A DNA stretch of 20,000 nucleotides from a bacterium (GTDB taxonomy: Bacteria > J088 > JAWLBW01): positions 195,295 through 215,294 of the forward strand of contig JAWLHK010000008.1 of the NCBI GenBank assembly GCA_041690355.1, given 5' to 3'. The notes beneath the pieces are model-generated. The model ran no database searches. It was not told the DNA's origin and saw only the letters and a program-made list of their open reading frames with translations. Both the position numbers and the translations under genes were made by a program. Of this stretch, positions 1 to 9,556 are shown one piece after another; positions within the stretch are counted from its first letter, which is position 1; each line of letters begins with the position of its first letter.

Positions 1-2
1 TG

Positions 3-941
3 CTCGACGCGCTCCTGCCGCGCCCGTCCTCCGGATTCCAGCCGGGCGCCGGCGAGGGGGCCGACGAGTCGCACACGCGCGAAAAATTCCGCGACATGCT
101 CCGCAGCGGCAAGCTCGACGACCGCAGCATCGAGGTCGACGTGCAGGAGTCGGCCGTCAACTTCGTGGCCATCCCCGGCATGGAGGGGATGGAGGGCAAC
201 CTGAAAGACATGCTCGGCGACTTCATGCCCAAGAAGAGCCGGCGCCGCAAGATGAAGGTGCCCGACGCCCTGCAGTTCTTCACCGGCGTCGAGGCCGAAA
301 AGCTCATCGACATGGATCTTGTCGTGCGTACGGCCGTGCAGAAGGCGCAGGAGAACGGGATTATCTTCATCGACGAGATCGACAAGATCGCCCGCAGCGG
401 CGGCGCCCACGGCGGCCCCGACGTCTCGCGCGAAGGGGTGCAGCGCGACATCCTGCCCATCGTCGAGGGGAGCACGGTCAACACGAAGCACGGGCCGGTC
501 AAGACCGATCACGTGCTCTTCATCGCGGCCGGCGCCTTTCACGTCTCGAAGCCGAGCGATCTGATTCCCGAGCTGCAGGGGCGCTTTCCCATCCGCGTCG
601 AGCTCGAGTCGCTCACCGAGGCCGACTTCGTGCGCATTCTGACGGAACCGCAGAACGCCCTGCTGCGCCAGCAGCGCGCGCTGATGGCGACCGAAGGGGT
701 CACGCTCGATTTCACGGACGACGGCGTGCAGGAGATCGCCCGCATCGCCGCCGACGTGAACGCGCGCACCGAGAACATCGGCGCCCGCCGCCTGCACACC
801 ATTCTCGAGAAGCTGCTCGAGGAGATCAGTTTCGACGCGCCGGCCCTGTCGGGGCGCGCGTTCACCATCGATGCCGGCTATGTCCGGCGTCAACTCGAAG
901 ACATCGTCCGCAACGAGGACCTTTCGCGTTACATCCTATGA
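3..941 (+). CDS. hslU: ATP-dependent protease ATPase subunit HslU (5' end outside window)
   Basis: Frame is open from base 3 (LDALLPRP...[17 protein letters not shown]). Contains [11 protein letters not shown] (Walker B), [39 protein letters not shown] and the C-terminal DLSRYIL typical of HslU. Confidence 0.97.
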   Translation, partial: LDALLPRPSSGFQPGAGEGADESHTREKFRDMLRSGKLDDRSIEVDVQESAVNFVAIPGMEGMEGNLKDMLGDFMPKKSRRRKMKVPDALQFFTGVEAEKLIDMDLVVRTAVQKAQENGIIFIDEIDKIARSGGAHGGPDVSREGVQRDILPIVEGSTVNTKHGPVKTDHVLFIAAGAFHVSKPSDLIPELQGRFPIRVELESLTEADFVRILTEPQNALLRQQRALMATEGVTLDFTDDGVQEIARIAADVNARTENIGARRLHTILEKLLEEISFDAPALSGRAFTIDAGYVRRQLEDIVRNEDLSRYIL

Positions 942-1849
942 GCCAGGACGCCGACAAGCGGCAGGCCGAGCGGAATCTGCGCATCGAACGCGCCAAGATT
1001 CTGCAGGAAGCCCTGCCTTACATTCAGCAGTTCAGCGGGTCGACCATCGTCATCAAGTACGGCGGGCACGCCATGGAGAGCGACGAGCTCAAGCGCAGTT
1101 TCGCGCGTGACGTCGCCCTGCTCGACGTGGTCAACATGCGCCCGGTCATCGTGCACGGCGGCGGCCCCCAGATCGGCGCCCTGCTCGAGCGCCTCAACAT
1201 CCCCAGCCAGTTCATCGCCGGCCAGCGCGTCACCGATCCGCAGACGATGGAGATCGTCGAGATGGTGCTCACGGGGCGCGTGAACAAGGAGATCGTCAAG
1301 GAGCTGCAGAAGGCCGGCGCCTGGGCGGTGGGTATCTCGGGCAAGGACGGCCGCCTGATCGAGGCCGAAAAGCTCGTGCTGCCGGGCCCCGACGGCCAGC
1401 CCGTCGATCTCGGCCTCGTCGGCCGGGTGCGCGAAGTCAACACCGACGTCATCGAGGCGCTCGAGCGCGCCGGCGGGCTGATCCCCGTCGTGGCGCCGGT
1501 GGGGGGCGACGGCGACGGCAACACCTACAACATCAACGCCGACAACTTCGCCGGGGCGCTCGCGGGCGCGCTGCGGGCCGAGAAGCTGATTCTCATGACC
1601 GACGTCGAAGGCGTGCTCGATTCCGGCGGCAAGCTTATTTCGACCCTCGATCGCGCGACGGCCGAGAAGTTCATCGGCGACGGCACGATTCGCGGCGGCA
1701 TGATCCCCAAGGTGCAGTGCGCCCTCGACGCCCTCGGCGACGGCGTGCGCAAGGTGCATATCATCGACGGCCGCGTGCCCCACGCGCTTCTGCTTGAAAT
1801 CTTCACCGACAAGGGGATCGGTACGGAAATCGTCGAGGCGGCGGAATGA
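938..1849 (+). CDS. argB: Acetylglutamate kinase
   Basis: [80 protein letters not shown] overlap with hslU stop. Confidence 0.97.
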   Translation: MSQDADKRQAERNLRIERAKILQEALPYIQQFSGSTIVIKYGGHAMESDELKRSFARDVALLDVVNMRPVIVHGGGPQIGALLERLNIPSQFIAGQRVTDPQTMEIVEMVLTGRVNKEIVKELQKAGAWAVGISGKDGRLIEAEKLVLPGPDGQPVDLGLVGRVREVNTDVIEALERAGGLIPVVAPVGGDGDGNTYNINADNFAGALAGALRAEKLILMTDVEGVLDSGGKLISTLDRATAEKFIGDGTIRGGMIPKVQCALDALGDGVRKVHIIDGRVPHALLLEIFTDKGIGTEIVEAAE

Positions 1850-3045
1850 GCAACGCAGAGTGGGTCGACAAGACCGGCGCCTTCGTCGCCAACACCTACG
1901 GCCGCTTCCCGCTCGCCATGGTACGCGGCGAGGGTTGCTACCTGTGGGACGCCGACGACCGGCGTTACCTGGACTTCGTCTCCGGGCTCGCGGTGTGCAA
2001 CCTGGGGCATGCGCACCCGGGGGTGACCGAGGCGATTCGTGAGCAGGCCGGAAAACTCCTCCACGTCAGCAATCTTTTCCACATCCCCGGCCAGGCTGAA
2101 CTGGCGGAACTGATCGTCAAGCACAGCTTCGGCAAGCGCGTTTTCTTCGGCAACAGCGGCGCCGAGGCCAACGAGGGGGCCCTCAAGGTCGCGCGCAAGT
2201 ACGGCGCCGAGCACGGCGGCGGACGGTACGAGATTCTCACGACCGAGAACTCCTTTCACGGCCGCACCTACGGGGCGCTTTCCGCAACCGGCCAGGAGAA
2301 ATACCGGCAGGGTTTCTTCCCCATTCTTCCGGGCATCCGCTACGTTCCCTACGGCGACGCGGCGGCCATGGAAGCGGCCGTCACCGACAAGACGATCGCG
2401 ATCCTGCTGGAACCGATTCAGGGCGAGGGGGGCGTGAACGTGCCCCCCGACGGCTACCTGAAAGCCGTCCGCGGGATCTGCGACCGGCACGATCTGCTGC
2501 TCATCCTCGACGAGGTGCAGGTCGGCAACGGGCGCACCGGAAAGCTGTGGGCATACGAGCACGAGGGGATCGAGCCCGACATGATGACCCTCGCCAAGGG
2601 GCTTGCCGGCGGCGTCCCCGTCGGCGCCCTGGTGCTCAACGAGCGCACGGCCGACGTCCTGGTTCCCGGCACGCACGCCTCGACCTTCGGCGGCAATCCC
2701 CTGTCGATGGCCGCCGGCCTTGCCGCCCTGCGCGAACTCGTCAAGCCCGAGCTCCTGCGGCATGTCACCGAAATGGGCGACTATCTGCGGATGCGCCTGC
2801 GCGAGATGGCCGGGCGCAATCCGGTCATCCGCGAGGTGCGCGGCAAGGGGCTCATCATCGGTGCGGAGCTGGCCGTCCCCTGCGGCGACGTCGTGCGGGC
2901 CGCCCTGGACAAAGGACTGATTCTCAACTGCGCGCGCGAGCGGGTGCTCCGCTTTCTGCCGCCGCTCATCGTGACCCGCGAGCAGATCGACGACGCCCTG
3001 GCGCTTCTCGAGCCGTTGCTCCCGAGGGAGGTTTCCCGTGGCTGA
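1846..3045 (+). CDS. argD: Acetylornithine aminotransferase (class III PLP enzyme)
   Basis: [58 protein letters not shown]; lies between argB and argF with an ATGA overlap. Confidence 0.95.
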   Translation: MSNAEWVDKTGAFVANTYGRFPLAMVRGEGCYLWDADDRRYLDFVSGLAVCNLGHAHPGVTEAIREQAGKLLHVSNLFHIPGQAELAELIVKHSFGKRVFFGNSGAEANEGALKVARKYGAEHGGGRYEILTTENSFHGRTYGALSATGQEKYRQGFFPILPGIRYVPYGDAAAMEAAVTDKTIAILLEPIQGEGGVNVPPDGYLKAVRGICDRHDLLLILDEVQVGNGRTGKLWAYEHEGIEPDMMTLAKGLAGGVPVGALVLNERTADVLVPGTHASTFGGNPLSMAAGLAALRELVKPELLRHVTEMGDYLRMRLREMAGRNPVIREVRGKGLIIGAELAVPCGDVVRAALDKGLILNCARERVLRFLPPLIVTREQIDDALALLEPLLPREVSRG

Positions 3046-3970
3046 ACGTCATTTTCTGCGCATTCTCGACCTCGGCGTCGACGAGCTGCGCGGCGTGCTC
3101 GCCCGCGCCGAAGAGCTCAAGAACCTCCAGGCCGCCGGCCGTCCGTCGGCAGCCATGGCCGGCCGTACGCTGATCATGATCTTCGAGAAGAGCTCGACGC
3201 GCACGCGCGTTTCGTTCGAAGTGGGCGCCCAGCAGCTGGGGGGCCGTGCCGTCTTTCTCAGCAGCGCCGACTGCCAGATCGGCCGCGGCGAGCCGATCAA
3301 GGATACGGCGCGCGTGCTTTCGCGCTACGGCGACATGCTCATGATCCGCACCTTCGGCCACGACAAGCTCGAAGAGCTGGTACGCTATGCCGGCGTGCCG
3401 GTCATCAACGGGCTGAGCGACGCGCACCACCCTTGCCAGATTCTGGCCGATCTGCAGACCGTGCAGGAGAAGAAGGGGCGGCTCGAGGGGCTGAAATACG
3501 CCTGGCTCGGCGACGGCAACAACGTCGCGCACTCGTGGATCGAGGCGGCCGGACGGCTCGGTCTGCACCTGGTGCTCGCCTGCCCCGAGGGCTACGACCC
3601 CGACGCCGGGATTCTGGCGGAATCGCGGGCGCTGGGCGGCCGGATCGAGGTCGTGCGCGATCCGCGCGAAGCGTCGCGCGACGCCGACGTCGTCATGACC
3701 GACGTGTGGACGAGCATGGGCCAGGAGTCGGAGAAGGGGGCGCGCGACGCCACCTTTCACCCTTATCAGCTGAACGCCGGCCTGCTCGGGGTCGCCCATG
3801 CCGACGCGATGGTCCTGCACTGCCTGCCCGCGCACCGGGGCGAAGAGATCACCGACGAAGTCATCGAGGGGGCGCAATCGGCCGTGTGGGACCAGGCCGA
3901 GAACCGCCTGCACGCGCAGAAGGCGCTCATGGAATTCCTGCTCACCGAATGGTATGGCCTACGATCCTGA
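3038..3970 (+). CDS. argF: Ornithine carbamoyltransferase
   Basis: [13 protein letters not shown] carbamoyl-phosphate motif, [42 protein letters not shown] start preceded by GGAGG. Confidence 0.97.
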   Translation: MAERHFLRILDLGVDELRGVLARAEELKNLQAAGRPSAAMAGRTLIMIFEKSSTRTRVSFEVGAQQLGGRAVFLSSADCQIGRGEPIKDTARVLSRYGDMLMIRTFGHDKLEELVRYAGVPVINGLSDAHHPCQILADLQTVQEKKGRLEGLKYAWLGDGNNVAHSWIEAAGRLGLHLVLACPEGYDPDAGILAESRALGGRIEVVRDPREASRDADVVMTDVWTSMGQESEKGARDATFHPYQLNAGLLGVAHADAMVLHCLPAHRGEEITDEVIEGAQSAVWDQAENRLHAQKALMEFLLTEWYGLRS

Positions 3971-5075
3971 ACTTTGTCCGCTGATTCGCACGGGCGTTAA
4001 GCTCGAGAAGCTCCCCCTGTCGCCGCAGGAGGGGTTCGTGCTCTCGCGCGTGAACGGCGTCACCAAGGTGCGCGACATCGTCGCCGCCACCGGGCTGCCC
4101 GAGGCCATGGTGCAGGCGGCGCTCGAAAAGCTCGAGTCGCTCCAGGCGATCGAATGGCAGAAGATCGAGGTGGCAACGCCGCGTCCGCGCAGCGCCGCAC
4201 GGCCGACGTCCAACACCGAGAGCTCTGCGGCCGCCGACACCGAGTTCGTGCTCCGGCGCGTCGAACTCATTTACAAGACGCTCGAGAAGCAGGACTTCTA
4301 CAAGCTGCTCGGCGTCTCGCGCATGGCCAACCCCGATCAGATCAAAGAAGCCTATGCCGGCCTGAGCCGCGAGCTGCACCCCGATCGGTTCTTCAAGGTG
4401 AACCTCGGTTCGCGCAAGCCCATGCTCGACACGGTCTTCGCGCGCATCTCCGAAGCCTACGACGTGCTGCGTGATCCCGACCGGCGCATCGCCTACGATC
4501 GTTCGATGCTGCCGCAGGGCCCCGGGATGGTGAAGCCCGAACCCAAGGCCAAGCTGACCGCTGACCCGTCGCGCATCGAGCAGCTCGGCGACCAGGACTT
4601 CCGCATCGGCAACTACGCCAGCGCGCTGCGCTCCTACAAGCTGGCCGTCTCGATGGCGCCGGGCGATCGCGGTATCGCCGACAAGATGACCTTGACCGAA
4701 GACGTACAGTCGCTGGTCAACAATCTCGAGAAGGTCGTGCCCGATCCCGCCGCGGCGCGCGCGCTCGGCGACAAGGTCATCCCGCCGCTGCTCGCCAAGA
4801 TCCGCTCGCGCGCCCCCGTGCTGCCTGACGATGAGCATCTTCTTTCGCTCTGCGTGCAGTTCTCGGTCGAGCACGCGAACGATCTGACCGTGGCGAAGGA
4901 GCTCGGCGAACGGCTGTACAAGCTGCACCGCCGCGCCCCCTATGCGTTCTATCTGGGACAGATCGCCGAGGCCATGAAGAACCGCAGCGAGGCGCTCAGC
5001 TACTACGAGCGCGCCGTGTCGATCGACGCCAATTACCTGCCGGCCAAAGAGGCCGTGCGCCGGATCAAGAAATAG
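3954..5075 (+). CDS. J-domain (DnaJ-type) co-chaperone with N-terminal winged-helix-like segment and C-terminal TPR-like repeats
   Basis: Probable start ATG at 3954 (MAYDPELC), overlapping the argF end by 17 nt. J domain DFYKLLGV...LHPDRF...[21 protein letters not shown] has an intact HPD. N-terminal [14 protein letters not shown]...ALEKL. TPR-like [14 protein letters not shown] and [30 protein letters not shown]. Confidence 0.88.
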   Translation: MAYDPELCPLIRTGVKLEKLPLSPQEGFVLSRVNGVTKVRDIVAATGLPEAMVQAALEKLESLQAIEWQKIEVATPRPRSAARPTSNTESSAAADTEFVLRRVELIYKTLEKQDFYKLLGVSRMANPDQIKEAYAGLSRELHPDRFFKVNLGSRKPMLDTVFARISEAYDVLRDPDRRIAYDRSMLPQGPGMVKPEPKAKLTADPSRIEQLGDQDFRIGNYASALRSYKLAVSMAPGDRGIADKMTLTEDVQSLVNNLEKVVPDPAAARALGDKVIPPLLAKIRSRAPVLPDDEHLLSLCVQFSVEHANDLTVAKELGERLYKLHRRAPYAFYLGQIAEAMKNRSEALSYYERAVSIDANYLPAKEAVRRIKK

Positions 5076-5101
5076 TCTTTTCCCTTCAAGGAGTGTTTTC
5101 C

Positions 5102-6307
5102 GTGTCATCCGTCAAGAAAGTCGTGCTCGCGTATTCGGGGGGTCTCGACACCTCGGTCATCATGAAGTGGCTCATCGAAACGTACGATTGCGAGGTCGTC
5201 GCCTTCTCGGCCGACCTGGGGCAGGGCGAAGAGCTGGAGCCGGTGCGCGAAAAGGCCCGCAAGACGGGCGCGAGCAGCGTCTACATCGAAGACGTGCGCG
5301 AGGAGTTCGTCAGCGAATACGTGTTTCCCATGCTGCGCGCCAATGCCGTCTACGAAGGGCACTACCTGCTCGGCACGAGCATCGCGCGTCCGCTGATCGC
5401 CAAGAAGCAGATCGAGATCGCCCGCAAGGAAGGGGCCGACGCCGTCAGCCACGGTGCGACGGGCAAGGGCAACGATCAGGTGCGCTTCGAGCTCACCTAC
5501 TTCGCCATGGAGCCGAACATCCGCATCATCTCCCCCTGGCGCGAGTGGACCTTCAAGGGGCGTGAGGATCTGATCGCCTATGCGAAGAAGAACGACATTC
5601 CCGTGCCGGTCACGAAGGCCAAGCCCTACTCGACCGACCGCAACCTGCTGCACATCAGCTTTGAAGGGGGCATCCTCGAAGACCCCTGGTCTGAGCCGCC
5701 AGCCGACATGTTCGTGCTGAGCCGCAACCCGGAACAGGCGCCCGACAAGCCGCGCTATGTGGAAGTGACGTACGAGCAAGGCAATCCGGTCGCCATCGAC
5801 GGCGAGCGCCTCTCGCCGGCCGCCCTGCTGCAGAAGCTCAACGACATCGCCGGCGAGCATGGCGTGGGCCGCGTCGACCTGGTCGAGAACCGCTTCGTCG
5901 GCATGAAGAGCCGCGGCGTCTATGAGACGCCGGGCGGCACGGTCCTGCACTACGCCCACCGCGCCGTCGAGAGCCTGACGCTCGATCGCGAGGTGCTTCA
6001 CCTGCGCGACAGCCTGATTCCGCAGTATGCCCGCCTCGTCTACAACGGCTTCTGGTTCGCCCCCGAGCGCACGCTGCTGCAGAAGCTCATCGACGAGTCG
6101 CAGGCCACCGTGACGGGCGTGGCCCGCCTGAAGCTCTACAAGGGATCGGTCACGGTGGTCGGACGCAAGGCCGAGAAGAGCCTGTTCCACTCCGGCTTCG
6201 CGACCTTCGAAGCCGACGACGTCTACAATCAGAAGGATGCCGAAGGCTTCATCCGCCTGCAGGCGCTCCGGCTGCGCATCCGCAAGATGGTCGGGTTGCC
6301 TGAATGA
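5102..6307 (+). CDS. argG: Argininosuccinate synthase
   Basis: [60 protein letters not shown] at 5102 follows AAGGAG (5088-5093). Confidence 0.97.
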   Translation: MSSVKKVVLAYSGGLDTSVIMKWLIETYDCEVVAFSADLGQGEELEPVREKARKTGASSVYIEDVREEFVSEYVFPMLRANAVYEGHYLLGTSIARPLIAKKQIEIARKEGADAVSHGATGKGNDQVRFELTYFAMEPNIRIISPWREWTFKGREDLIAYAKKNDIPVPVTKAKPYSTDRNLLHISFEGGILEDPWSEPPADMFVLSRNPEQAPDKPRYVEVTYEQGNPVAIDGERLSPAALLQKLNDIAGEHGVGRVDLVENRFVGMKSRGVYETPGGTVLHYAHRAVESLTLDREVLHLRDSLIPQYARLVYNGFWFAPERTLLQKLIDESQATVTGVARLKLYKGSVTVVGRKAEKSLFHSGFATFEADDVYNQKDAEGFIRLQALRLRIRKMVGLPE

Positions 6308-7224
6308 GCGCCGACGCGAGCCTCGACGTCCTGCGCCGGCACCTGTCGGCGGCCCTCCGGGGCCGCCCGCAGGCGGTCGAGCGCGCCATGATCGGTCTGC
6401 TGACGGGTGGGCACCTTCTCATCGAAGACGTGCCCGGGGTCGGCAAGACGACGCTGGCGCGCGCCATGGCGCAGGCGTTCGCGCTCTCGTTCCGCCGCAT
6501 CCAGTTCACGTCCGATCTGCTGCCCGCCGACATCCTCGGCGTGTCGGTGCTCGACACGGCGACGAACCGGTTCACGTTCAAGCAGGGGCCGGTGTTCACG
6601 AACGTCCTGCTCGCCGACGAGCTCAACCGCGCGACCCCGCGCACGCAGAGCGCGCTGCTCGAAGCGATGAGCGAGGGGCAGGTGAGCGTCGACGACGAGA
6701 CACATGGGCTGCCGCAGCCGTTTCTCGTCGTGGCCACGCAGAATCCGGTCGAGCACCACGGCACCTTTCCGCTCCCCGAGAGCCAGCTCGATCGTTTTCT
6801 CCTGCGCATGGAGATCGGCTATCCCGACGCGGGCGACGAACGGTCGCTGCTGCTCGGCGAGCATCTCGAGGGCAGGGTCGAAGGGGGGCTTGCGCGGGAG
6901 GAGCTGCTGCGCCTGCAGCAGGCGACGGCGGCCGTGCACATCGATCCCTCGGTCGCCGAGTACATGCTTGCGCTCGTGCGCGCCACCCGCGACGATCCGG
7001 CCATCGAGCTGGGGGTGAGCACGCGCGGCGCGCTGGCGCTCAAGCGCGCGGCCCAGGGCGTCGCGATGTTGAAGGGGCGCGACTACGTCGTTCCCGACGA
7101 CGTGCAGGCGGCGGCCGAGCCGGTGCTGGCGCACCGCCTCATGCTGCGCCGCGCCGAGGGTTCGGCCCGCGAAAAAAGCCTCGTCGTGCGGCAGCTGGTG
7201 GAGCGGATCGAGGCGCCGCTGTAG
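6304..7224 (+). CDS. MoxR-family AAA+ ATPase
   Basis: [75 protein letters not shown] overlap with argG stop. Confidence 0.93.
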   Translation: MSADASLDVLRRHLSAALRGRPQAVERAMIGLLTGGHLLIEDVPGVGKTTLARAMAQAFALSFRRIQFTSDLLPADILGVSVLDTATNRFTFKQGPVFTNVLLADELNRATPRTQSALLEAMSEGQVSVDDETHGLPQPFLVVATQNPVEHHGTFPLPESQLDRFLLRMEIGYPDAGDERSLLLGEHLEGRVEGGLAREELLRLQQATAAVHIDPSVAEYMLALVRATRDDPAIELGVSTRGALALKRAAQGVAMLKGRDYVVPDDVQAAAEPVLAHRLMLRRAEGSAREKSLVVRQLVERIEAPL

Positions 7225-7272
7225 GCGATCGCATTGCCCCCCGGGGCGCGGGTGCGCCTTGCGTCGCAGGCC

Positions 7273-7312
7273 GGAGGGGGGGAGTGGGGGAGTGGGGGTG
7301 AAGCAAGGGCGA
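7273..7312 (+). repeat. G-tract repeat copy 1 (GGAGTGGG-type units followed by GAAGCAAGGGCGA)
   Basis: ggagggggggagtgggggagtgggggtgaagcaagggcga; related copies at 11690 and 19931. Confidence 0.8.
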
Positions 7313-7371
7313 CCGACCTTGGTCCCCACGGGCGAGGACCCCGTTCGGCCCGCGCGGACCGGGCGTGCCGG

Positions 7372-8208
7372 TTACTCGCGCAGGGCGAGCACGGCGCGGT
7401 AGGCGGTGCGGCGGGGGACGCCGGCGCGAAAGGCGAGAAAGTCGCTGAGGTCTTTGCCGTCGAGCCCGGTGGCGTCCCGCAGCCGTCGCGCTTCGGCCAC
7501 CAGATCGCCGATTTCGCCGGCTGCGTCTTCGTCGGCGGCCGGGTGTACGACCAGCGTCATCTCGCCGCGCACGGCGTCGCCACCGGTCAGCTGTTCGGCG
7601 ACGGCGGCGGCGGGCCCCGCGAGCACGCTCTCGTGCATCTTGGTCAGCTCGCGGCAGAGCACGACGCGGCGTCCGGGGAGGATTTCGGCGAGCAGGCCCA
7701 GCACGGCCAGCACGTCGTGCGGGGGGACGAGAAGGACGTGCGCGCCCGGCTCGCCCTGCCAGCCGGCCAGGAGCTCACGGCGCAATCCGGCCTTGTCGGG
7801 GGGATAGCCGTGAAAGATAATGGGTAGTTCGGCCACGCCCGAGACCGACACGGCGGCGGCCAGGGCCGAGGGGCCGGGGACGGGGACGACGGCGATGCCG
7901 GCGTCGAGCGCGGCGCTCACGAGCGGAGCGCCCGGGTCGGCGATTCCGGGCGTGCCGGCGTCGGAGATGAGGGCGATGCGGCTGCCGGCCTGCAGGTCTG
8001 CGAGGATGCGATCGGTTTCACGCCGCTCGCGGTGCTTCTCGTAGACGCGCAGTCTGGGGTGCAGATCGAAGGCGGCGAAGAGACGGGCGCTGACGCGCGT
8101 GTCTTCGACGAGCACGTAGTCGGCGCCGGCGAGCGTTTCGCGGGCGCGGGGCGACAGGTCACCCAGATTGCCGATCGGGGTGGCGACGACGAAGAGGGTG
8201 CCCGACAT
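7372..8208 (-). CDS. rsmI: 16S rRNA (cytidine1402-2'-O)-methyltransferase RsmI
   Basis: Start ATG at 8208: MSGTLFVVATPIGNLGDLSPRA, EDTR, ALISDAGTPGIADPG, PVPGPSA, CRELTKMHE, RGEMTLV. Confidence 0.93.
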   Translation of the reverse strand: MSGTLFVVATPIGNLGDLSPRARETLAGADYVLVEDTRVSARLFAAFDLHPRLRVYEKHRERRETDRILADLQAGSRIALISDAGTPGIADPGAPLVSAALDAGIAVVPVPGPSALAAAVSVSGVAELPIIFHGYPPDKAGLRRELLAGWQGEPGAHVLLVPPHDVLAVLGLLAEILPGRRVVLCRELTKMHESVLAGPAAAVAEQLTGGDAVRGEMTLVVHPAADEDAAGEIGDLVAEARRLRDATGLDGKDLSDFLAFRAGVPRRTAYRAVLALRE

Positions 8209-8456
8209 TACTTGACCGGGTGAACGGCCAGAACGTGAGCGCGATGCAGGCAGAGAAACGCAAGATTGCCCGGCGACCCGTCGCGGGTCCACACGACTTC
8301 GGTCAGCGCGAAGAACGGGCGCTGATCGGACTGGTGGTTGAGCATGTCGAGCATGCGCGCGTGGCGCGGGACGTGCAGATTTCCCTCGACGGTGCTGCCG
8401 TCGGCGAGAAAGACGCGTACGCGTTCGGTGGTTTCCTGGGGGGAACGGGGCTGCAT
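8208..8456 (-). CDS. Small hypothetical protein (82 aa, DUF6812-like)
   Basis: MQPRSPQ...RVRVFLADGSTVEGNLHVPRHARMLDMLN...RPFFALTEV...FLCLHRAHVLAVHP; TAATG coupling to rsmI; preceded by an extended -10 box. Family call is from recollection. Confidence 0.75.
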   Translation of the reverse strand: MQPRSPQETTERVRVFLADGSTVEGNLHVPRHARMLDMLNHQSDQRPFFALTEVVWTRDGSPGNLAFLCLHRAHVLAVHPVK

Positions 8457-8463
8457 GGCAAAC

Positions 8464-8472
8464 AATGTAGCA
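8464..8472 (-). promoter_or_regulatory. Extended -10 element (TGcTACATT), 7 nt upstream of ATG 8456
   Basis: Minus strand reads ctgTGcTACATTgtttgccATG; no Shine-Dalgarno in the 7-nt gap. Confidence 0.55.
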
Positions 8473-8533
8473 CAGGGCTCGGCCGCGACCAAGCGGTCTG
8501 CCGGGCGCCGAGCGGGGAAAGGGTGGCCCGACC

Positions 8534-9553
8534 ATGGCGCTGCTGACCCGCATTCTTCTCGATCAGGGGGTCATCGATCACGCCGGGATCGAAGAAGCGA
8601 TCAAGGCGCAGGTGCTGCACGGGGGGCGCATCGGGACGAACCTCTATGAGCTCGGCCTGGTGACCGAGAAGCAGCTCTGCGCGGCGCTCGAGAAATGCTA
8701 CGGATTTCCCTCGGTGATCCTGGCCCCCGAGGCGGTGGATCGGGAGGCGATGCAGAGCATTCCCGAGAAGTACGTGCTGCGGCACAAGGCGGTCCCCTTT
8801 GCCCGCCGCGGGCGCGCCCTGTCGATCGCCATGGTCGATCCGGGGCGCAAGTCGGCGCTCGCCGACATCAGCTACTCCACCGGGTGGATCCTCAAGCCGC
8901 ACGTTCTTCCCGAACACCGCATGGACCGCCTTCTCGAGCAGCTGTTCCAGGTGCCCATCCCCTGGCGCTACACCGAGAGCTGGGACGAAGAGGTCGCCCC
9001 CGAAGACGTGCAGGCCGAGCTGCGCAAGCCGATCGAGAAACTCGATGCCGCGGCGGGGCGGGCCCGTCTCGAAGCCGCCGTCCGGGGGCGCGATATTCCC
9101 AACGCCGTGCTCGGCTACGCGCGCAACCTCTTCACCCGCGCCGCCCTGTTCGTCGTGGGCAACGAGGTGAGCCACGCGCTGGCCGGCTTCGCGCCCGACC
9201 AGCCGGCCGATTTCGTCGAGGGGTTTTCCATTCCCCGTACGGCTGCTTCGGTGATCAACGACGTCCTCACGCGCGGCTCGCCGCACCGCGGGCCCCTGGG
9301 TACCCCCTGGTCTACGCCGCGGGAAGCCGATCAGGGACTCATCGAACGGCTGGGGGGCGGGGTTCCCCGCAGCGCCTTCGTGGCCCCCATCGTCCTGCGC
9401 GGCCGCACCGTGAACATTCTGTACGGCGATGCCGGCCCCGGCCGCAGCATCCCCGGCGATCTGAGCGAACTGATGGTTTACCTGGGACAGGTGCCGGGCG
9501 CATACGAGCGGCTCGTGCGCAACCGGCTCCAGGCCAGTCTGAAAGAGGTTTGA
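8534..9553 (+). CDS. MshEN/GSPII_N (T2SSE_N) domain protein without ATPase, with C-terminal GAF-like region
   Basis: LLTRILLDQGVIDHAGIEEAIKAQ...GGRIGTNLYELGLVTEKQLCAAL, then IPEKYVLRHKAVPF...LSIAMVDP (T2SSE_N). No Walker A motif. C-terminal RSAFVAPIVLRGRTVNILYGD resembles a GAF strand pair. Confidence 0.8.
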   Translation: MALLTRILLDQGVIDHAGIEEAIKAQVLHGGRIGTNLYELGLVTEKQLCAALEKCYGFPSVILAPEAVDREAMQSIPEKYVLRHKAVPFARRGRALSIAMVDPGRKSALADISYSTGWILKPHVLPEHRMDRLLEQLFQVPIPWRYTESWDEEVAPEDVQAELRKPIEKLDAAAGRARLEAAVRGRDIPNAVLGYARNLFTRAALFVVGNEVSHALAGFAPDQPADFVEGFSIPRTAASVINDVLTRGSPHRGPLGTPWSTPREADQGLIERLGGGVPRSAFVAPIVLRGRTVNILYGDAGPGRSIPGDLSELMVYLGQVPGAYERLVRNRLQASLKEV

Positions 9554-9556
9554 CCC

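Noticed and set aside
3798..3953. N-terminal extension of the J-domain ORF
   Set aside because: Lies inside argF and is low-complexity and Arg-rich; ATG 3954 is the more plausible start.
929..7329. Long minus-strand ORFs opposite the arg operon (929-1783, 1525-2763, 2966-3913, 3942-5108, 5105-6190, 6229-7329)
   Set aside because: Antisense shadows of well-supported genes, expected in high-GC DNA; no recognisable motifs.
8209..8553. 115-aa N-terminal extension of rsmI in the ORF track
   Set aside because: RsmI homology begins at MSGTLFVVATPIGN (8208); the extension overlaps the small ORF and the divergent promoter region.
8534..9553. Calling this gene gspE/pilB
   Set aside because: Only the N-terminal domain is present; no Walker A/B motifs and no secretion or pilus genes nearby.
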